A DNA stretch of 59,931 bases, filler included. It is 7 parts of 7 records of this genome, joined end to end, with 100 filler letters (N's around TTAATTAATTAA, not from the genome) between each part and the next. Parts side by side here need not be neighbours in the genome. Positions count along the whole stretch, not along the records: positions 54,624 to 59,931 come from SRR31156797_24022; 6 more parts are not named here. The stretch is one strand, 5' to 3'. Position 1 is the first letter of the stretch; every line of letters begins with the position of its first letter. Position numbers and translations under genes: made by a program. Below the pieces are notes generated by a model that saw nothing but the letters and a program-made list of their open reading frames with translations, was not told where the DNA came from and ran no database searches. Shown piece after piece: positions 59,731 through 59,931 of this stretch.

Positions 59731-59931
59731 ATGCACTTTGATTCAAAACTTATAAAAGGTAAACTTATTAAACGTTATAAAAGATTTTTAACTGATATAG
59801 AATTAGAAGATGGTAGCATTGTAATAGCACATTGTACCAATTCAGGCAGTATGAAAACCTGCATAGAAGAAGGTGCTCCTGTATATCTTTCTCCGGCACA
59901 AGATCCCAAAAGAAAAACAAAATTCACCTGG
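59731..59931 (+). CDS. sfsA: Sugar fermentation stimulation protein SfsA (partial, runs off the window), not in the ORF track
   Basis: [44 protein letters not shown]...KRKTKFTW. Confidence 0.9.
   Translation, partial: MHFDSKLIKGKLIKRYKRFLTDIELEDGSIVIAHCTNSGSMKTCIEEGAPVYLSPAQDPKRKTKFTW

Noticed and set aside
1-59931. CRISPR arrays, tRNA/rRNA, reverse transcriptases, intact transposases, phage or defence genes
   Set aside because: None recognised by eye; very short or divergent elements could have been missed.

Overview
This window is not one locus. It is seven unrelated contigs joined by six artificial 100-nt spacers (N-run, TTAATTAATTAA, N-run), so gene neighbourhoods only mean something within a contig. 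(1) 1-11078, deltaproteobacterial-like: a 2-hydroxyacyl-CoA dehydratase activase-related fusion, a signal-peptide-bearing Pcm coupled to a membrane spermidine-synthase-like protein, and ppdK. (2) 11179-19605, AT-rich, lineage unclear: a TetR-controlled LolA/LolE-like ABC export operon with duplicated permeases, an exported TldD-like peptidase, a DHOD-like flavoprotein, and an unannotated ~225-nt pseudoknotted candidate ncRNA with its own near-consensus promoter (the top finding). (3) 19706-25888, deltaproteobacterial-like: a PaaK-family aryl-CoA ligase plus a missed 57-aa ORF, and a PrpR-like activator facing a sigma54/IHF promoter for TctC/TctA. (4) 25989-34907, Bacteroidota: SusC-SusD-adhesin-domain lipoprotein, purD. 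(5) 35008-46693, Bacteroidota: ABC permease, deaminase, PAS/LuxR regulator, DUF4954-like protein, glmS, fabD, sigma54 response regulator. (6) 46794-54523, deltaproteobacterial-like: leuA with a Leu-rich leader-peptide attenuator, MBL hydrolase, C45 hydrolase lipoprotein, a secreted GGGGCF-tailed protein, acyl-CoA synthetase. (7) 54624-59931, Bacteroidota: guaA, RluA, PlsC, partial sfsA. I saw no rRNA, tRNA, CRISPR array or intact transposase. All family and taxonomic calls come from motif recognition by eye, not database searches.
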